Under the pieces are notes generated by a model that did not search any database, was not told where the DNA came from, and saw only the letters and a program-made list of their open reading frames with translations. Shown one piece after another: positions 29,475 through 41,141 of a DNA stretch of 64,000 bases (position 1 is its first letter; every line of letters starts with the position of its first letter). Made by a program: the position numbers and the translations under genes. Source of the DNA: Patescibacteria group bacterium (GTDB taxonomy: Bacteria > Patescibacteriota > Microgenomatia > Levybacterales > UBA12049); the NCBI GenBank assembly GCA_038064195.1, contig JBBTTO010000002.1, forward strand, positions 630,615 through 694,614. Direction: 5' to 3'.

Positions 29475-30851
29475 TCAAAAAGGCATTTCTTCATCTTCAG
29501 CTATAGGAGCTAAATAGCCATAAACACTTCCTAATATTTGTTCAGAGTTTTCAATATTTCTTGCATACTGTTGAGGCAAATGGATATAACCAATTGCTCC
29601 TTTATGTCTTAGAATCCAGGCGTTATACGCAATTACCTCTTCAATCAATTCAGAGTGACCATAATGATGAAATTCAATTAGTTCTTCGACCATTTTGCGA
29701 AGTTGTATTGGCTGGACACTTCCACGCGAGGCTGTTTGTTGAAGCAACCATGAGGCTTCACGAAAATGCTTAGGACCAAGTGTGGCATGCGCCGTATAAA
29801 GAAGATCTTCTGTATCCAGCATGTTCATCGGGTCAAAGATACGAGCGTAGAGAACTGCTGCACTTTTCTTGCCAAGATGCGCCATTCGCATAAATGAATC
29901 TTTAAATTGTTTAGGAGAAAGAAGTGCCTGTCTATCTGAGGCCTGATAAGCTGGGTAAGCAAAAAATCTAAAACCGATTTCTCCATTTATCACATCCATA
30001 TAATGGCCTTTTTCAGGAAGGTCTGCCGTAAGGCGCTGTGCTTCCCCAAGACTTAGTAGGCCACGGGTGAACCAGCTTGTATATGATGGATCGAGGTTCT
30101 TTCCAACCTCTTCGGCATCTGCCATATATTCATCAGGAGGGTAGTCGCCGAAGGTGCTTAGAAGTTGTATTCCAGGAAAACCCCAGCGAGTTGCATCAAC
30201 TCCAAGACGGTCCAGACTTTCAATAGTTGTCTGCGCTGCTGTTTGGAGGGGAGCATTACTTATTCTGGCGACCTCAGCAGCATGCTGCATGAATGTTCTA
30301 GCCATAGGTAAATTGCTATTTTGGCTCACGCTTGTACTGGCTAGTCTAAAATCATCAATATCTGTGTATTGCAAAACATGGGGGAGATAATAGGCAAAAT
30401 TCTGGGCAAAGGTCTTGCCTCCATGATCCACAGCTTGCTCTACTGAGGTGAAGTACTGATTCGGAGATATGTCTTGAGTAATTACATCAGGATATGATCT
30501 TGCAAATTGGGCTCCAACTTTTCTGCCTAAGTGTTGAAAGGCTCTCTTAGTTAAATCTGTATAGTCTTTTACTCCTAGTAACTCATCGTTTTCATCCCTA
30601 GGCAGTTCAGCCAAGTGCTCGAGAAAACGTTCAACATTGAGCGTACCATGTTGTCTGGCAATATACCCAAGGGCTTCGGTCAGGTTGCTATCCCAAAAAG
30701 ACTCTCCGGAAAAGGAATTAGCATATTCAGCTATACCTTTTAATGCATGACTCTCGTCTATGGGAGTCTTCACCCCTGCCTCACGACGCATTTTATTAGC
30801 GAAGCTTTCTCCAGCTGTTGCAAACAAGATGTCTTCAAACTCGGCTCGCAT
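29475..30851 (-). CDS. Hypothetical protein
   Basis: Long ORF; TATAAT 6 nt before MRAEFED start. Confidence 0.7.
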   Translation of the reverse strand: MRAEFEDILFATAGESFANKMRREAGVKTPIDESHALKGIAEYANSFSGESFWDSNLTEALGYIARQHGTLNVERFLEHLAELPRDENDELLGVKDYTDLTKRAFQHLGRKVGAQFARSYPDVITQDISPNQYFTSVEQAVDHGGKTFAQNFAYYLPHVLQYTDIDDFRLASTSVSQNSNLPMARTFMQHAAEVARISNAPLQTAAQTTIESLDRLGVDATRWGFPGIQLLSTFGDYPPDEYMADAEEVGKNLDPSYTSWFTRGLLSLGEAQRLTADLPEKGHYMDVINGEIGFRFFAYPAYQASDRQALLSPKQFKDSFMRMAHLGKKSAAVLYARIFDPMNMLDTEDLLYTAHATLGPKHFREASWLLQQTASRGSVQPIQLRKMVEELIEFHHYGHSELIEEVIAYNAWILRHKGAIGYIHLPQQYARNIENSEQILGSVYGYLAPIAEDEEMPF

Positions 30852-30932
30852 GCGCAGTATTATACACCCTTTAGTACCTAATACGATTGCTTTCCCGCGT
30901 ATTATCACCTATAATCTTTAATTGCCAATTTT

Positions 30933-33836
30933 ATGGAAAAAATAGTCGTTAAGGGTGCCCGTGAGCACAATTTAAAGAATATCGACATGGAAATCCCTAA
31001 GAACAAGCTCGTTGTTCTGACAGGGCTCTCAGGCAGTGGCAAATCCTCCCTCGCCTTTGACACGATCTATGCCGAGGGTCAGCGCCGCTATGTCGAAAGT
31101 CTCTCCTCATACGCGAGGCAGTTTCTGGGCACGATGAAAAAGCCTGACGTAGATCTCATCGAAGGACTGTCTCCTGCAATTTCAATTGACCAAAAGGCAA
31201 GCTCTCACAATCCCCGTTCAACAGTCGGTACAGTCACCGAAATCTATGACTATATGCGTCTGCTTTTTGCAAGAGTCGGACACCCGCACTGTCCTGCATG
31301 CGGACGTGAGATCGCCCGGCAGTCCAAAGAGCAAATTGTCGAGCATGTCCTTACTATGCGTACCACTCAGGCAGATCCCGGTAAAAAATTCGTTCGCGTG
31401 ATGATCCTTTCCCCACTTGTTAAAGATAGAAAAGGAGAATACACCGAGCTCTTTACTTCACTTAAAAAAAGAGGCTACCGCAAAGTACGTATTGACGGAC
31501 GGGTTGTCTCACTTGATGACAAAGTTGTTCTTATCAAAACCAATCGTCATACAATCGACCTGGTCGTAGACGTACTTACTATTGCCGAGGAGACAGACCG
31601 AGTTAGGCTCGCAACAGACGTCGAGCAGGCACTCCAGTTTGGCAACGGCGAGATGATCGTTGCAGTCATTAAAGATGCCTCATTTGATATCCCGGAGTTC
31701 CCAAAGGAGATGGAAGATCATCTTTATTCTGAAAAATTTGCCTGTCCAGTTGATAACATCTCATTATCTGAAGTAGAACCTAGAATATTCTCTTTTAATA
31801 CGCCACATGGCGCCTGCCCTGAATGTTCGGGAATAGGAACAGTGCTTATCATTGATCAGGATCTGGTTTTTAATAAGAACTTAACAATTAACGAGGGTGG
31901 CATCCTGCCATTTTTTAATCTGGGCAATAATGATACCTGGTTCTCACGAACCTTCAAAACATTTTGTGAAGAAAATAAAATCCCGCTTGATATCAAAATC
32001 GAAAAACTTTCTCAGCAACATAAAGACCTTCTTCTTTTTGGGACAGGGGAGAGGGAATACAAAGTCCGGGGCGAGAACAGATGGGGAAGTCAGACCGCCA
32101 TCAGTGAGTCCTTCAAAGGCGTATCATTTGAACTAAAGCGGCGATATGGTGAGTCTGATTCTGCCTATGTCCGGGGACAAATTGAAAAATTCATGAAATA
32201 CGATCTCTGCCCTCTCTGTCATGGTGCCAGACTCAAGCAGGAGGCACTTTCCGTCACCATCAATGATCGGTCAATTGTCCAGGTGAGTGATATGCCGATA
32301 GGGGAGGCGCTTGACTTTTTTGATAAACTGCCCGCGTTACTTTCACCTCGTGAGCAGGAAATAGGCAAGCTCATTTTGCGTGAAATCAAAACCCGCATTG
32401 GTTTTCTGGTCAATGTCGGGCTGGAGTATCTCACTCTCTCACGTACAGCCGCTACTCTGGCGGGAGGAGAAGCACAGCGCATCAGGCTTGCCTCCCAGAT
32501 AGGCAGCGGCCTTACGGGCGTCCTCTATGTATTGGACGAGCCGTCGATTGGCTTGCACCAAAGAGACAATGAAAAGCTCATTGAAACTCTTAAAAAACTG
32601 CGCGACCTCGGAAATACTGTCTTAGTTGTTGAGCATGATGAGGATACTATGCAGGCTTCAGACTATATCTATGATTTCGGTCCGGGAGCAGGCTCTTTCG
32701 GAGGAAGAATAGTAGCCAAAGGGACATTCGCTGAACTCAAAGCCAATCCTGACTCTCTTACCGGACAGTACTTGTCCAAAAAAAAGGTTATCAGGATCAA
32801 AAAAACTGTCGACCCCTCCCTTGTTAAGAAAGAGCCGCAGTTCGTTAAGCTGCTCGGATCCAGCGAGCACAATCTTAAAAATATAGACGTGACATTTCCT
32901 CTCCACCAGCTGATTGTAGTTACCGGTGTTTCGGGAAGCGGCAAGTCCACACTCATCAATGACATTCTCTTTCATGCTTTGATGCAAAAAGAAAATCCAT
33001 TCCATAGACAAAAACCGGGCAAGTTCAAGGAGCTGGTGGGTTTTGAACATATCAAAAATATTTTCCAGATTGACCAGTCGCCGATCGGCCGCACCTCACG
33101 GAGTAATGCGGCCACGTACACAGGCAGCTTTAATTACATCCGGGAGCTTTTCGCCCAGACAAAAGAGGCTAAAGTCAGAGGTTATGGGCCGGGAAGATTT
33201 TCTTTTAATGTCAAAGGAGGCAGATGTGAAGCATGTGAGGGTGAAGGGCAGATCAAAATTGAGATGCAGTTCCTGCCTGATGTGTATATAACCTGTGAGA
33301 TTTGTCAGGGTAAGCAATACAATAATGAAGCCCTTGAAGTGCTCTTCCAGGGTAAAAACATAGCCGACGTGCTGGATATGAGCGTACAGGAAGCAGTCGA
33401 ATTCTTTTCTTTTATTCCGGGCCTTGCTCATAAATTGCAAACCCTTCAGGATGTAGGCCTCTCCTACGTCACGCTCGGTCAACCGGCGCCTACACTATCA
33501 GGCGGAGAGGCACAGCGTGTAAAATTAGCAACCGAGCTGTCCAAGCGGGGCAAGGATGCTCTCTACCTGCTTGATGAGCCTACTACCGGACTTCATTTTG
33601 CCGATCTGGAAAAACTCTTAGTCGTCCTCAGAAAATTAGTTGATCAGGGTAATTCTGTGATTGTCATCGAGCATAATCTGGACGTTATTAAAAATGCCGA
33701 TTATGTCATCGATCTTGGCCCTGAGGGTGGAGCTAAGGGCGGGGAGGTTGTGGCTGTAGGTACTCCTCAGGAAATCGCCAAAAATCCTGCCTCTCATACC
33801 GGCAGATTTCTCAAAAAAGTATTAACGAGCTCATAA
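30933..33836 (+). CDS. uvrA: Excinuclease ABC subunit A
   Basis: Two Walker A ([16 protein letters not shown]), zinc fingers, LSGGEAQR. Confidence 0.98.
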   Translation: MEKIVVKGAREHNLKNIDMEIPKNKLVVLTGLSGSGKSSLAFDTIYAEGQRRYVESLSSYARQFLGTMKKPDVDLIEGLSPAISIDQKASSHNPRSTVGTVTEIYDYMRLLFARVGHPHCPACGREIARQSKEQIVEHVLTMRTTQADPGKKFVRVMILSPLVKDRKGEYTELFTSLKKRGYRKVRIDGRVVSLDDKVVLIKTNRHTIDLVVDVLTIAEETDRVRLATDVEQALQFGNGEMIVAVIKDASFDIPEFPKEMEDHLYSEKFACPVDNISLSEVEPRIFSFNTPHGACPECSGIGTVLIIDQDLVFNKNLTINEGGILPFFNLGNNDTWFSRTFKTFCEENKIPLDIKIEKLSQQHKDLLLFGTGEREYKVRGENRWGSQTAISESFKGVSFELKRRYGESDSAYVRGQIEKFMKYDLCPLCHGARLKQEALSVTINDRSIVQVSDMPIGEALDFFDKLPALLSPREQEIGKLILREIKTRIGFLVNVGLEYLTLSRTAATLAGGEAQRIRLASQIGSGLTGVLYVLDEPSIGLHQRDNEKLIETLKKLRDLGNTVLVVEHDEDTMQASDYIYDFGPGAGSFGGRIVAKGTFAELKANPDSLTGQYLSKKKVIRIKKTVDPSLVKKEPQFVKLLGSSEHNLKNIDVTFPLHQLIVVTGVSGSGKSTLINDILFHALMQKENPFHRQKPGKFKELVGFEHIKNIFQIDQSPIGRTSRSNAATYTGSFNYIRELFAQTKEAKVRGYGPGRFSFNVKGGRCEACEGEGQIKIEMQFLPDVYITCEICQGKQYNNEALEVLFQGKNIADVLDMSVQEAVEFFSFIPGLAHKLQTLQDVGLSYVTLGQPAPTLSGGEAQRVKLATELSKRGKDALYLLDEPTTGLHFADLEKLLVVLRKLVDQGNSVIVIEHNLDVIKNADYVIDLGPEGGAKGGEVVAVGTPQEIAKNPASHTGRFLKKVLTSS

Positions 33837-33853
33837 TCTGCTAAAATAAACCG

Positions 33854-35677
33854 ATGCGTTCTCGTTTTTTCAGTCTTCTTGGGTTTATTTTATTCTTTTT
33901 TACACTATTGACACCCAAGTCCTACGCCTCTAGTTATTTTACCCGTGATTACGCCGTCGTCTATGCAGTGGGTGAGGATAGCCGGACCAAGGTCTCAGTT
34001 ACCGTTACATTGACGAACAAAACAAGCGACTATTACGCCTCAAGTGACACAATCAATGTCGGCTTTGACACACTTGAAGAGCTTACAGCCCGTGATCCCC
34101 AGGGGGCTATCAAGCCGATTGTCACCAAAACCGACTCCGGCAACTCAATTGAACTGCCTTTCAACAAGCATGTGGTAGGTAAAGATAAAGCTCTTGTTTT
34201 TAATGTCAGCTTCTTCTCGCCTGATATCGCCCATCATAGCGGTAAGATCAGGGAGATAAATATCCCGGGAGTTGCAAATCCTGACGACTTTAACCGTTTC
34301 AGCGTTGAAGTCAAAGTTCCTGAGTCATTTGGCAAGCCTAATTTTATAAAGCCTGTGACACCGGACGGGAAATTACTCTTTTCTAAAGAACTCCTCGGCA
34401 AATCGGGAATTTCCGTGGTCTTCGGAGACGAACAGGTCTATGACCTTCGTTTGACCTATCATTTAGGTAATAAAAATCTTTTTCCTATACGAACTGAAGT
34501 CGCCATCCCCCCGACTACTAATTATCAGGAGGCAGCAATAAGCTCAATTGACCCCAAGCCTAAAAATGTGGTGATAGACCAAGACGGTAACTGGCTGGCC
34601 CAGTATGAACTCTCTCCTTCCCAGCAGTTTGATGTCCATGTCACAGAAAAGATACGGGTTCTAAGAACCCCCAAAGAGCAAGAACTGAGTCCTCAAGAGA
34701 TGACTGACGATCTCAAAGACAAACAATTCTGGCAAGTAAGTAATCCCAAAATCAAAGAGCTGGCACAAAAGCTAAAGACTCCTAGGGCAATTTATGAGTA
34801 CGTAGTTAAAAACCTTAAGTATGATTTTAACCGCCTCACCACAGACCAGCCTCGCTTAGGTGCTGTTGGTGCATTGGAACGGAGGAATTCGGCTGTCTGC
34901 TTGGAGTACACCGATCTTTTTATTGCTTTAGCACGTGCCGCCGGAATCCCCTCCAGAGAGGTAAACGGTTTTGCTTATACTCAAAACTCCAAACAGCGTC
35001 CGCTCTCACTGGTGCAGGATATTCTCCATGCCTGGCCTGAGTATTATGATCAGGACCGTAAGACGTGGATCATGGTCGATCCTACCTGGGGAAATACGAC
35101 AGGGGGAACAGATTATTTTAACGTGTTTGATTTCGATCATATCACCTTTATTCAAAAAGGTCAGAATAGTCAATACCCGATCCCGCCCGGTGGCTATAAA
35201 TTCGAGAGCGATCAACATAGTAAAGATATTTCTGTTCAATTCGCGCCTGTTTTCCCGACAAACCTTCCACAAGTTGCAGTGAGTGCAGATTTCCCGGCAG
35301 AAGTTCTATCAGGTTTCTCTTTCAAAGGTAAAGTAAAGGTAACTAATAATGGCTCAGTCCTTTATCCGTCTAATATGGGTGTCATTGAATCAATGACATT
35401 GTACCCCAGGCGTCAGGAGGTGACCATACCTCCTCTTCCGCCCTTCGGGAGTGAGTACCTGACAGTAGGATTTAATAAGACTCCTTTCCTGACCAATAAA
35501 AAATATGATTTTACATTCAATTTGCAAGGTACTATAATCCATAAATCAGTGAAGGTTACGCCGTTTTCTTTTAACCGAAATACGCTGATAGGAGGAGCAT
35601 CAATTGTTATACTCACGATCATCGTATCTTTCTTTGCCGTCAAAGCCTGGGGTTTATTTATATCTCGACAAAAATAA
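33854..35677 (+). CDS. Secreted/membrane transglutaminase-like protein
   Basis: Signal peptide, VCLEYTDLF, HAW, DPTWG triad, C-terminal TM. Confidence 0.88.
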   Translation: MRSRFFSLLGFILFFFTLLTPKSYASSYFTRDYAVVYAVGEDSRTKVSVTVTLTNKTSDYYASSDTINVGFDTLEELTARDPQGAIKPIVTKTDSGNSIELPFNKHVVGKDKALVFNVSFFSPDIAHHSGKIREINIPGVANPDDFNRFSVEVKVPESFGKPNFIKPVTPDGKLLFSKELLGKSGISVVFGDEQVYDLRLTYHLGNKNLFPIRTEVAIPPTTNYQEAAISSIDPKPKNVVIDQDGNWLAQYELSPSQQFDVHVTEKIRVLRTPKEQELSPQEMTDDLKDKQFWQVSNPKIKELAQKLKTPRAIYEYVVKNLKYDFNRLTTDQPRLGAVGALERRNSAVCLEYTDLFIALARAAGIPSREVNGFAYTQNSKQRPLSLVQDILHAWPEYYDQDRKTWIMVDPTWGNTTGGTDYFNVFDFDHITFIQKGQNSQYPIPPGGYKFESDQHSKDISVQFAPVFPTNLPQVAVSADFPAEVLSGFSFKGKVKVTNNGSVLYPSNMGVIESMTLYPRRQEVTIPPLPPFGSEYLTVGFNKTPFLTNKKYDFTFNLQGTIIHKSVKVTPFSFNRNTLIGGASIVILTIIVSFFAVKAWGLFISRQK

Positions 35678-36995
35678 AACTGTTATCTATGTCGGGAAGG
35701 CCAAAGATCTCAAAGCTCGTGTTTCATCGTATTTCACCTCACCTAAGAGCCTCGGCCCCAAAACCAGTCTACTAGTTAACCAAATACAAAAAATCAAAAC
35801 AGTTATCGTCGAGTCAGAGCTTGAGTCACTCCTTCTGGAAGCATTTTACATCAAAAAATATCGACCCCATTTTAATATCCGTTTGATTGACGACAAGTCA
35901 TACCCCTTAGTAAAAATTGCGATCAAGCAGGATTATCCGGCAGTAATACTTGCAAGAAAGATGGATGACCCCAAAGCTCTCTACTTCGGGCCTTACCCCA
36001 GCGCAGGAAGTGTAAGGCTGGTACTCAAAACCTTACGTAAGGCCTTTCCGTATCAATCAACCAGAAATCACCCGAAGCATATTTGTCTCTACTACCACCT
36101 TGGGCTCTGTCCGTGTCCGCCTGTGTTTGCGGGTCCCAAGCTAAAAAGAACATATCGCAAGAACATCCGGGATATTATCCGGGTTTTGGAAGGGAAGTCC
36201 CACAATGTAGTGAAAGACTTAACTCGCGAGATGGAATTAATGAGTAAAAATGAGCGTTTTGAAGAAGCTGATGCGTTAAAAAAGCGAATTACTGCTCTTA
36301 AAGTCATCACCGAACCCTGGCACAAACCTTTTGAATACGATGTCAATCCTAACCTGCGGTCAGATATACGTTTTCAAGAGCTGGACGGCTTGCGACTTGC
36401 ACTCCTCAACCAGGGCTTACTGATAAAGACACTTAAGCGGATTGAATGTTATGACATCTCAAATATTCAAGGAACAAATGCTACCGGCTCAATGGTAGTC
36501 CTGACGCAAGGTGAAATAGATAAGTCACAATACCGTAAGTTTAAGATTCACCAGAATGGCAAACCTGACGATTTTGCCATGATGCAGGAGATGCTTGAGA
36601 GACGTTTAGGCCATGATGAGTGGCCTTTACCTGACCTGATCATCGCAGACGGAGGGAAAGGGCAGTTGACTTCAGTCCTTGCTGCCATGACAGCAAAAAA
36701 TAAAAGTGTCCCGCTTATTGGCCTGGCTAAGAGAGAGGAGACAATTATCGTTCCGACTACTCAATCATTCTTCGACCGAGCAAAGCGAATGGAGAAGCAA
36801 ATCAACAATGATTCTCGACTTCGCTCGAATAATTATTCTAAACTCTACGGAGGAAATGAAGATCACTTTATTGAACTTTCACTTGCCAAAGACTCACCTT
36901 CACTTCATCTCATTCAACGAATTCGAAATGAAGCTCATCGCTTTGCCATAACGTACCACCGTAAATTGAGAAGCAAATCCGCGATCAGAAATTAG
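35604..36995 (+). CDS. uvrC: Excinuclease ABC subunit C (short, no HhH)
   Basis: PGVY...YVGKA GIY-YIG, UVR, ECYDIS, DGGKGQ, RNEAHRFA; start uncertain. Confidence 0.92.
   Translation: MLYSRSSYLSLPSKPGVYLYLDKNKTVIYVGKAKDLKARVSSYFTSPKSLGPKTSLLVNQIQKIKTVIVESELESLLLEAFYIKKYRPHFNIRLIDDKSYPLVKIAIKQDYPAVILARKMDDPKALYFGPYPSAGSVRLVLKTLRKAFPYQSTRNHPKHICLYYHLGLCPCPPVFAGPKLKRTYRKNIRDIIRVLEGKSHNVVKDLTREMELMSKNERFEEADALKKRITALKVITEPWHKPFEYDVNPNLRSDIRFQELDGLRLALLNQGLLIKTLKRIECYDISNIQGTNATGSMVVLTQGEIDKSQYRKFKIHQNGKPDDFAMMQEMLERRLGHDEWPLPDLIIADGGKGQLTSVLAAMTAKNKSVPLIGLAKREETIIVPTTQSFFDRAKRMEKQINNDSRLRSNNYSKLYGGNEDHFIELSLAKDSPSLHLIQRIRNEAHRFAITYHRKLRSKSAIRN
36765..36833. repeat. REP-like doublet inserted in-frame in uvrC
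   Basis: CATTCTTCGACCGAGCAAAGCGAATGGAGAAG ... TTCTCGACTTCGCTCGAATAAT. Confidence 0.65.
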
Positions 36996-38356
36996 CGTCG
37001 CTTCAAGGTGTAGGTATAGGGAAAATAGAGAAATGACGCGGGCGTGTCAATAACAGCATCATCCAAAAGATATTTTTGAAAATCATCATAGATCCTTTTT
37101 CTCTCTTTAACCGCGACTGTTTTGCGACCATCCTCAAGCAGTTTATCTATGCGGAGGCTTCTGAATTTAGTGATATTACTCTCCTGGTCTGAATGCCAAA
37201 GCATGTACTGATCGGGATCTTTCGGCACCGTAAAGTCTCCGAGGTAGACCTGGAACACGGTTGGCTTGACATCTACATCCGTAATTTTTACTTTCACACC
37301 GAGGCCCTCCCAGATTTTGGCAATCGATGCAGCTACGACGTGGTATTTAGTCAGTGTTGTTATAATTAACTCGGGCCTGGCTGATTCAGAAGCATTAAGA
37401 TAGACAGCGTCAAGCAGTAGCTTCGCGTGCGCCAAATCCTGTGAACGAACAGCTGCTTCTTTACTGAAATAAATTGATCGGGGAGGATAGGGAAGGTGGG
37501 CTCTTTCTCCTTGGGAAAAAGAATCGGGCAGACTATAGCTAAGCGCTTTTCGCAACTTGTTGTCTGATATTACCTGATCTTTTGTATTATAAAAAAGTGT
37601 CACCAGTTGATCATAATTTGTTTGCCTTGAGACAGCAACGTTTTTATGAGTGGCAATATCTGTATTATTTGCTTTGGTGTTGATAATATCATCAATCTCA
37701 GTTGCCTCACCAAGGAGAAAAGCTGTCTTAAGAGCTTCCTGATTAGGATAAAAGACGTAGACGACCTGGTGCTTATCAGCTGTATGACTGAGAGTAAGTG
37801 AAGAAATGAAGTCACCGTTGATTTTGATGTCTGTTATGGTGTATTCTCCCAGTCCCTGGAGGCCTCGCGGGAAAATCGGGCGTGAGATAGTAACTAAGAA
37901 AGGCGCGTACTCATCATGAAGATGAAAAATTATAGTATATTTATCGGGTCTCTCGATCTTAACATCTTTAAAAACATACCCCAGGGTCTTTGAAGTAACT
38001 TCAGTTCCGTTACTGAAGCGAATTCCTCTCTTAATTTTGAAGACATAGGTTTTGCCGCTATCTCTAATTTGCCAGGACTCGGCCAAATCAGGCTTAATCT
38101 CTCCACTGGGAGAAAGTTTTGTTAACCCGCGGGATAATTTTTGCGTAATACGATCCGGTAATTTATCGAGTGAATAAGCTCCGACCATCCCCACCCGTTC
38201 TTTTTGAGGAAAAAGATGAACGAGGTAAGAAGAGAAAAAAATAAGAAAGAAAAAGCCTATGAGACCTCCGAGGAATGAGAGAGCTAAAATTCGCCCCCAT
38301 TTTTTGATATAGGCTTTGATAAGCCAGAGAAAGAGACGTTTGTTGATAACCAGCAT
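36992..38356 (-). CDS. ABC transporter substrate-binding protein, family 5 (OppA-like)
   Basis: PDLAESW, GKTYVFKI, RFSNG, DPDQY-WHS, IDKLLEDGR. Confidence 0.85.
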   Translation of the reverse strand: MLVINKRLFLWLIKAYIKKWGRILALSFLGGLIGFFFLIFFSSYLVHLFPQKERVGMVGAYSLDKLPDRITQKLSRGLTKLSPSGEIKPDLAESWQIRDSGKTYVFKIKRGIRFSNGTEVTSKTLGYVFKDVKIERPDKYTIIFHLHDEYAPFLVTISRPIFPRGLQGLGEYTITDIKINGDFISSLTLSHTADKHQVVYVFYPNQEALKTAFLLGEATEIDDIINTKANNTDIATHKNVAVSRQTNYDQLVTLFYNTKDQVISDNKLRKALSYSLPDSFSQGERAHLPYPPRSIYFSKEAAVRSQDLAHAKLLLDAVYLNASESARPELIITTLTKYHVVAASIAKIWEGLGVKVKITDVDVKPTVFQVYLGDFTVPKDPDQYMLWHSDQESNITKFRSLRIDKLLEDGRKTVAVKERKRIYDDFQKYLLDDAVIDTPASFLYFPYTYTLKRR

Positions 38357-38362
38357 ATACTC

Positions 38363-38575
38363 TTAATGAGGGAGAAGAAGTAAAACCGAAACAGCAACCA
38401 GCAAAAAAGCCAGGATAGCTGTCGCAAAGAAAAGGAATTTTTCGATATTTCGTTTGCTCCGGTACATTTCTCCTCCTCCACCAAAAACCGGAGAGATGCC
38501 ACCGCCTTGTGTTTGCAGAAGAACACAGGCAATAAGAAGGACAGACAAGATAATCTGGATTATATTAAAAATCAT
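38363..38575 (-). CDS. secG: Preprotein translocase subunit SecG
   Basis: Two TM helices with LLQTQGGGISPVFGG linker. Confidence 0.9.
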   Translation of the reverse strand: MIFNIIQIILSVLLIACVLLQTQGGGISPVFGGGGEMYRSKRNIEKFLFFATAILAFLLVAVSVLLLLPH

Positions 38576-38584
38576 AGACTCCTA

Positions 38585-39544
38585 TTATACGGCTTTTAAG
38601 ACAGCTTCTGCAAGCTTTGCGCTGTCGTGATAAAGCGGGAAAGATTCTTTAACAATATCTGCCTCAATTATAGAAATGTCATGACGCTTGGCCTGATCGC
38701 TAAAGTCATTTTTGATGTAAGTATAGTTATAATTCTCAGGGATAGGGATTAAGTGATTGTTGTTAGCAATAATGGTATTAAAAGGAAATGAACCTAAGTG
38801 GTCCTCAAAAGCTTTGACAAAGTTACTGATCCGGAAGTCACGGGTTTCAAACGGTTTGTTGGCGATATTGGCGACAAAGATTTTATGAGCGTTGCTCTGT
38901 AATACCGCCTGACCTATCTCAGGCACAACAATTACGGGTAATTGATTGGTGTATAGATCTCCGGGACCGCTAATGATCATATCTGCCTCGATAATGCTTT
39001 TAACAACAGCCGGATTGACCTGAGGATGACCGGGTGTAAGATAGATTTTCTTGAGACCATATGGTTCACTATACTTTGCTAAGTCAAGCGTTGTCTCGGT
39101 ATGCACACGCCTGCCGTCCTGTGTTATAGCCGAAAGCCTCACGTGCTCGTCGGTAGCGGGGTAAAAATCAGCCGTTACCCCAAACATTCTTTTGGTCACC
39201 TCGATTGCTTTGTAGAAGTTACCCGTTCGTTGAATCTCGGCCAGCATGACAAGGTTACCCAGCTTGTGTCCGTCAATTGCCTTATTTGACTGACTATTTC
39301 CGGGGAAGCGGTATAACAAAAGCGACTCGAGTTCTTTTTCCTCATCAGGTATCATCGCGGCAATACAGCTCACAATGTCACCGGGGGGCATGATGTTATA
39401 CGCTTTACGCAGTCTTCCTGATGATCCCCCGTCATCAGCCATAGAAGTCACCACACTCAGATCGAGCGGATATTTTTTCAAACCGCGAAGGAGCATACTG
39501 GTACCTATTCCTCCACCGAGACAAACTATTTTTTTATTAGCCAC
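38585..39544 (-). CDS. yvcK: YvcK/GlmR (CofD-like) family protein
   Basis: LGGGIG, ADDGGSSG-LR, PPGD, GHKLGNL, GPGDLYT, HDS. Confidence 0.9.
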   Translation of the reverse strand: MANKKIVCLGGGIGTSMLLRGLKKYPLDLSVVTSMADDGGSSGRLRKAYNIMPPGDIVSCIAAMIPDEEKELESLLLYRFPGNSQSNKAIDGHKLGNLVMLAEIQRTGNFYKAIEVTKRMFGVTADFYPATDEHVRLSAITQDGRRVHTETTLDLAKYSEPYGLKKIYLTPGHPQVNPAVVKSIIEADMIISGPGDLYTNQLPVIVVPEIGQAVLQSNAHKIFVANIANKPFETRDFRISNFVKAFEDHLGSFPFNTIIANNNHLIPIPENYNYTYIKNDFSDQAKRHDISIIEADIVKESFPLYHDSAKLAEAVLKAV

Positions 39545-39551
39545 ATTTTTA

Positions 39552-39953
39552 TTATTCTATAAGCCATTTGATAGCAGTTACGATAAGTGAAAGCATAAAT
39601 GACGCTGCCAGAAAAGCAAAAAGGGTGTTAAATGTAAATGATGGAACTACAAATCCGAATACATTAACACCTGAGAACCTATAATGATGGATGATTATAC
39701 CATTTACAAAAATCGTCAGCAAATAGAGGATAAGGGCGTTGGTAAAAATTGAGAAAAAACCGAGAGTGATCAAGTTAAAAGGAAAGCTGATAACGTTTAA
39801 AACAGGTTTGATAACAGTCATCATAATGGAGAGCATAATTCCTCCAAAAATAAATGTCCAAACTCCCCCCGTGATCTCAACACCTGCAATGAGATGAGGC
39901 AGGACAAAAAGTGCGCCACTATAAAGAGCAATGTTGCGAAGGAGTGTCTTCAT
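39552..39953 (-). CDS. YvlD-like 4-TM membrane protein (phage holin family 4_2)
   Basis: IKPVL...PFNLITLGFF...N motif; next to yvcK. Confidence 0.85.
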   Translation of the reverse strand: MKTLLRNIALYSGALFVLPHLIAGVEITGGVWTFIFGGIMLSIMMTVIKPVLNVISFPFNLITLGFFSIFTNALILYLLTIFVNGIIIHHYRFSGVNVFGFVVPSFTFNTLFAFLAASFMLSLIVTAIKWLIE

Positions 39954-40040
39954 CTGAACAAAATCGTACCAGACCGGCTGAAGAGGTGTCAAACCAGTCT
40001 TGCAAAGAACGTGTAGAGAAGCTATTATGAGGTACCTTTT

Positions 40041-41141
40041 ATGAATACCGTTATTTGCCCCCATTGTAAAAAAACGCTGGAAATATCTGAGGCGATTGCT
40101 CACCAGTACAAAGAAGAACTCCGAGCGGAAGAACGTAAACTGCTTCAAGCCGAACACGAGAAAAAGAGAGCCGAAGAAGCCGCTCTCCAGGAGAAAAAAC
40201 TTCGTGAAGAGTTTGAGGAAAAGAACAAACAAAAAGCAAAAGAGCTTGATGAAGTAAAGAAAAATGAAAAGGAGTTAAGAGAAAAGCTAGCTCTTGAAGA
40301 GCTTGAGGCAAAAAAAAGAGAGGCAAAGGTCAAAGAATTAGCAGAGGAAGAGATTACGAGAAAATTTCAACTGAGCTTACTTGAAGAGAAGAAAAAAAAC
40401 GCCGATATGCAAAAAGCGCTCGAAGAAGCACAAAGAAAAGCTAAGCAAAGCTCACAACAGCTTCAGGGGGAAGTACTTGAATTAGATCTGGAGGCAAAGC
40501 TAAAGGAAATGTTTCCATCAGACCTGTTTTCCCCGGTGCCAAAAGGCGTACAGGGAGGAGATATCTGGCAAAAAATTCTTTTTAAAGGCGTGGTGGTAGG
40601 ATCGATTCTCTGGGAAACTAAAAATACTAAAAATTGGAGTAAATCTTGGCTTCTCAAACTCAAAGAGGATGCTGGACGAGTCAATGCAACCGAATCGATT
40701 ATTGTCTCGGAAACGCTCCCTGGGGGAGTCACGCTCTTTGACAGACAGGAAGGGGTTTGGATTACCACTTATCAGTACGCCCTCACAACCTGCCGTTTTA
40801 TCAGATATCTGATTACCACGACTTCAGCCATGAAACTATCAACGTCACAAACTGATGAAGAGTGGGGGAAGGTGCGAGATTACATGCTCAGTGATGCTTT
40901 TAAACACAGAATGCAGACCCAGTTTGACAGTGCCAAGACCCTGCGTGAAGTGTTGGAAGCCGAAAAAAGAACTTCAATCCTGCGCTGGAAAAAGCAGGAA
41001 GCTCAGATAGAGAAATTGGATAATAATATGGTGAGTTTTTACGGAGAACTACGGGAAATTGTGCCTGACATCCCTAAAGTCGATGGAGTTAATTCATTTC
41101 TCCTCGAAGAAGGCTCCGGTGAAACAGAAACCATCTTTTAA
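40041..41141 (+). CDS. DUF2130 domain-containing protein
   Basis: CPHC, coiled coil, SQQLQGEVLEL, WETKNTKNW. Confidence 0.85.
   Translation: MNTVICPHCKKTLEISEAIAHQYKEELRAEERKLLQAEHEKKRAEEAALQEKKLREEFEEKNKQKAKELDEVKKNEKELREKLALEELEAKKREAKVKELAEEEITRKFQLSLLEEKKKNADMQKALEEAQRKAKQSSQQLQGEVLELDLEAKLKEMFPSDLFSPVPKGVQGGDIWQKILFKGVVVGSILWETKNTKNWSKSWLLKLKEDAGRVNATESIIVSETLPGGVTLFDRQEGVWITTYQYALTTCRFIRYLITTTSAMKLSTSQTDEEWGKVRDYMLSDAFKHRMQTQFDSAKTLREVLEAEKRTSILRWKKQEAQIEKLDNNMVSFYGELREIVPDIPKVDGVNSFLLEEGSGETETIF

Noticed and set aside
39552-39953. Holin as evidence of a prophage
   Set aside because: YvlD-like membrane gene in housekeeping context with yvcK and secG; no phage genes in the window
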